Below are positions 37,597-39,896 of a stretch of 39,896 nucleotides of DNA, one piece after another. Source of the DNA: an uncultured archaeon (GTDB lineage Archaea; Nanobdellota; Nanobdellia; Woesearchaeales; CAIVOO01); assembly GCA_903842985.1 (NCBI GenBank), contig CAIMOB010000041.1, forward strand, positions 1 to 39,896, in the 5' to 3' direction. Every line of letters starts with the position of its first letter. The stretch's first letter is position 1. A model generated the notes under the pieces. That model had not been told where the DNA came from. It made no database searches and saw only the letters and a program-made list of their open reading frames with translations. The position numbers and the translations under genes are program-made.

Positions 37597-38310
37597 ATGG
37601 GAAAAAATCTATTGCAGCAGAGAAGGGGAAGGGGCACACTTAGATTCAGGTCCCAGAAGCACAGGTATTACGGACGAATAAGCTATGCAAAGATGGGGAC
37701 TGAATTAAAGGGGAAGGTTGAGGATATCGTGCACTGCCCTGCGCACTCAAGCCCGCTGATGTCTGTAAAATACGAGAACGGCGAGTCTGCATTACTTCCT
37801 GCAAGCGAGGAAATTAAGGTTGGAACTGAGCTGAACTGCGGCGAAAAAGCAGCAGTTGAAAGCGGAAACGTGCTTCCACTAAACAAAATTCCAGAGGGAA
37901 CATTGATATTCAACATAGAATCACAGCCTGGAGACGGCGGAAAATTCGTAAGGTCTTCAGGAACATTTGCAAGGGTTGTCGCGAAATCTGGCGACATTGT
38001 AAAAATAGAGCTTCCTTCAAAAAAAGAGAAGGAATTCAACCATATGTGCAGGGCCACAATCGGAAGAATCGCAGGCGCCGGAAGGCTTGATAAGCCGATG
38101 ACAAAGGCAGGAAACAGTTTCTACAAGATGACCGCAAGAAATAGGGTCTGGCCTCATGTCTGCGGGCAGTCGATGAACGCTGTCGCGCATCCGCACGGCG
38201 GAAAGAGGTCATCGCATAAGAATTATCCAATGGTTGTTTCAAGGCATACGCCTCCTGGAGCAAAGGTCGGCAAGATTGCCGCGAGAAGGACAGGAAGAAA
38301 GAACAGGTAA
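37597..38310 (+). CDS. rpl2: 50S ribosomal protein uL2
   Basis: QRRGRG, PGDGGKFVRSSG, MNAVAHPHGG, PPGAKVG.IAARRTG. Confidence 0.96.
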   Translation: MGKNLLQQRRGRGTLRFRSQKHRYYGRISYAKMGTELKGKVEDIVHCPAHSSPLMSVKYENGESALLPASEEIKVGTELNCGEKAAVESGNVLPLNKIPEGTLIFNIESQPGDGGKFVRSSGTFARVVAKSGDIVKIELPSKKEKEFNHMCRATIGRIAGAGRLDKPMTKAGNSFYKMTARNRVWPHVCGQSMNAVAHPHGGKRSSHKNYPMVVSRHTPPGAKVGKIAARRTGRKNR

Positions 38311-38312
38311 AA

Positions 38313-38693
38313 ATGGCAAAGAAAATATTTACATACAAAGGGAAAACAGTTGAGGAACTTCAGAAGATGAGTCTGAACGAGTTTGCTAATATGGTTCCTA
38401 GCAGAGTGAGGAGAAGCATAAAAAGGATGAATGAGGAGCAGAAAAATCTTTTTGAAAAGATAACAAAAGCAAAGAAAGACGTTAAGACGCAATGCAGGGA
38501 AATGCCGATAACACCAAGCATGATTGGAAAAACAATAAAAATACATCAGGGAAGGGAATTTGTTCCCATGCTAATCACAGAGGAAATGCTTGGTCATTGC
38601 CTCGGCGAATTTGCGCAGACAAGAAAGAAAGTGCAGCACAGCGCGCCAGGAATAGGAGCGACAAAATCAAGCGGCGCACTGTCGGTGAAATAA
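38313..38693 (+). CDS. rps19: 30S ribosomal protein uS19
   Basis: FTYKGKT, MLGHCLGEFAQTRK, PGIGATKSS. Confidence 0.96.
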   Translation: MAKKIFTYKGKTVEELQKMSLNEFANMVPSRVRRSIKRMNEEQKNLFEKITKAKKDVKTQCREMPITPSMIGKTIKIHQGREFVPMLITEEMLGHCLGEFAQTRKKVQHSAPGIGATKSSGALSVK

Positions 38694-38695
38694 AG

Positions 38696-39142
38696 ATGTA
38701 CAGATATGCATTCCAGGGTTTTGACAATGAGACAATGGCGAAGGCCGTCGGCCTAGACCTGCCCATATCTGCTAAAAACTCTACAATGGTCTGCAAAGCA
38801 ATAAGAGGGAAGCGTATTGAAAGGGCGAAGAAGATACTTAATGATGCAATAAACATGAAAGTTGCAATCGAGTTTACAAGATACAACAAGGACAGAGGCC
38901 ACAAGCCTGGCATGGGCCCTGGAAGATACCCAATCAAAACGTGCGAGGAAATACTTTCAATCCTGGAAAACGCAGAGGCGAATGCGCATCAGAAAAACCT
39001 CGGCTCTGAGCTTGTTGTGAGGCACGTCTGCGCCCACCTCGCCTCAAGGCCTTTCAGGTACGGAAGAAAGAGGAGAAGAAAGGCGAAAAGAAGCCACATT
39101 GAGATTGTGCTGGAAGCAAAAAAGGAGAAAACTGAAAAATGA
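38696..39142 (+). CDS. rpl22: 50S ribosomal protein uL22
   Basis: ATG at 38696; GRYPIK, NAEANA, HIEIVL. Confidence 0.95.
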   Translation: MYRYAFQGFDNETMAKAVGLDLPISAKNSTMVCKAIRGKRIERAKKILNDAINMKVAIEFTRYNKDRGHKPGMGPGRYPIKTCEEILSILENAEANAHQKNLGSELVVRHVCAHLASRPFRYGRKRRRKAKRSHIEIVLEAKKEKTEK

Positions 39143-39885
39143 TTGAAAGAAAATTCGTACGCCAGAAGGTAAAGGAATTTGAAATACAGGAGTATGTGTT
39201 GAATTCGCTCGGAAGATCAGGAATAAGCCATGTAAGGCTTCAGCCAACGCCTCTTGGAGAGAAAATAATAGTCTATTCATCGCATCCCGGCCTTGTAATA
39301 GGAAAGGCAGGGGAGAATATAAAAAAGCTCACAATAACGCTCAAGAAAAAATTTGAGCTTGAAAATCCGCAGGTTGAGATAAGTGAAGTACTGAATCCAA
39401 GCCTTGACGCGCAGATTGTCGCTGACAAGATATCATACTCGCTTGAAAGATACGGCACAAAAAACTTCAAGGGAGTAATGCATAAGACAGTGACAGAAGT
39501 TATGTCTGCCGGCGCCAAGGGCGTTGAAATTGTGCTTTCAGGAAGGCAGCTGCCGAGCAGCAGGGCAAAATCCTGGAGAGTGCTTGCAGGCTACATGAAA
39601 AAATGCGGCGACATAGCAATATCATATGTGCTGAAAGGAAAGTCTGTTGCAAATCTTAAAAGCGGAACAATTGGGATAAAAATAAGCATCATGCCCGCTG
39701 ATTTAATACTCCCAGATTACATTGAAATCAAGGAAACCAATCCTGCAGTTCAGGAGATAAAAATCGAAGAAGTCAAAGTAGAGGAGAAGAAAGAGGAAAA
39801 GAAGGAAGTGAAGAAGAAAAATGAGAAAAAAAGCAAGAGAGTTAAGCCCGCTGAGCCAAGCGGAGCTGAAGAGCAAGCTAAGTGA
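39139..39885 (+). CDS. rps3: 30S ribosomal protein uS3
   Basis: TPLGEK, PGLVIGKAG KH domain, GAKGVEIVLSG; charged C-terminal tail. Confidence 0.96.
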   Translation: MIERKFVRQKVKEFEIQEYVLNSLGRSGISHVRLQPTPLGEKIIVYSSHPGLVIGKAGENIKKLTITLKKKFELENPQVEISEVLNPSLDAQIVADKISYSLERYGTKNFKGVMHKTVTEVMSAGAKGVEIVLSGRQLPSSRAKSWRVLAGYMKKCGDIAISYVLKGKSVANLKSGTIGIKISIMPADLILPDYIEIKETNPAVQEIKIEEVKVEEKKEEKKEVKKKNEKKSKRVKPAEPSGAEEQAK

Positions 39886-39896
39886 GCTTGAGAAGG

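Noticed and set aside
38492..38695. 68-aa N-terminal extension of uL22
   Set aside because: Out-of-frame overlap with rps19; true start is ATG 38696
39882..39896. Possible rpl29 start (GTG AGC TTG AGA AGG) overlapping the rps3 stop
   Set aside because: Expected by operon order, but five codons are too few to support a call
1..39896. CRISPR array, cas genes, transposases, rRNA
   Set aside because: No regularly spaced repeats or recognisable motifs; intergenic gaps are too short for rRNA

Overview
Housekeeping-rich, compact archaeal chromosome segment, most consistent with DPANN (Woesearchaeales-like). The basis is a single fused PriS-PriL primase, GatDE, Hef, HerA/Mre11, oapABC, a PRC-barrel protein and the start of the archaeal rpl3-rpl4-rpl23-rpl2-rps19-rpl22-rps3 operon; this placement is inference, not phylogeny. 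Three tRNA genes absent from the ORF track were read from the sequence. tRNA-Thr(UGU) has a 12-nt canonical intron, tRNA-Arg(CCU) has two non-canonical BHB introns (D-loop and T-loop), and tRNA-Gly(CCC) has an A1-U72 pair and contains the stop codon of a trmB gene. No CRISPR array, transposase or integrase was seen. The best leads are: (1) an AT-rich micro-island between primase and rpl3 with two unannotated small ORFs and a degenerate HNH; (2) a structured ~180-nt leader of the rpl3 operon; (3) a Zn-ribbon/AbrB gene plus cdc48 behind a perfect 21-bp palindrome, next to a twin-hairpin element and a SecB-like gene; (4) a tandem-repeat 79-aa basic protein; (5) a MurL/QueC-like PP-loop enzyme. 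All product calls come from motif recognition by eye; no database search was run.
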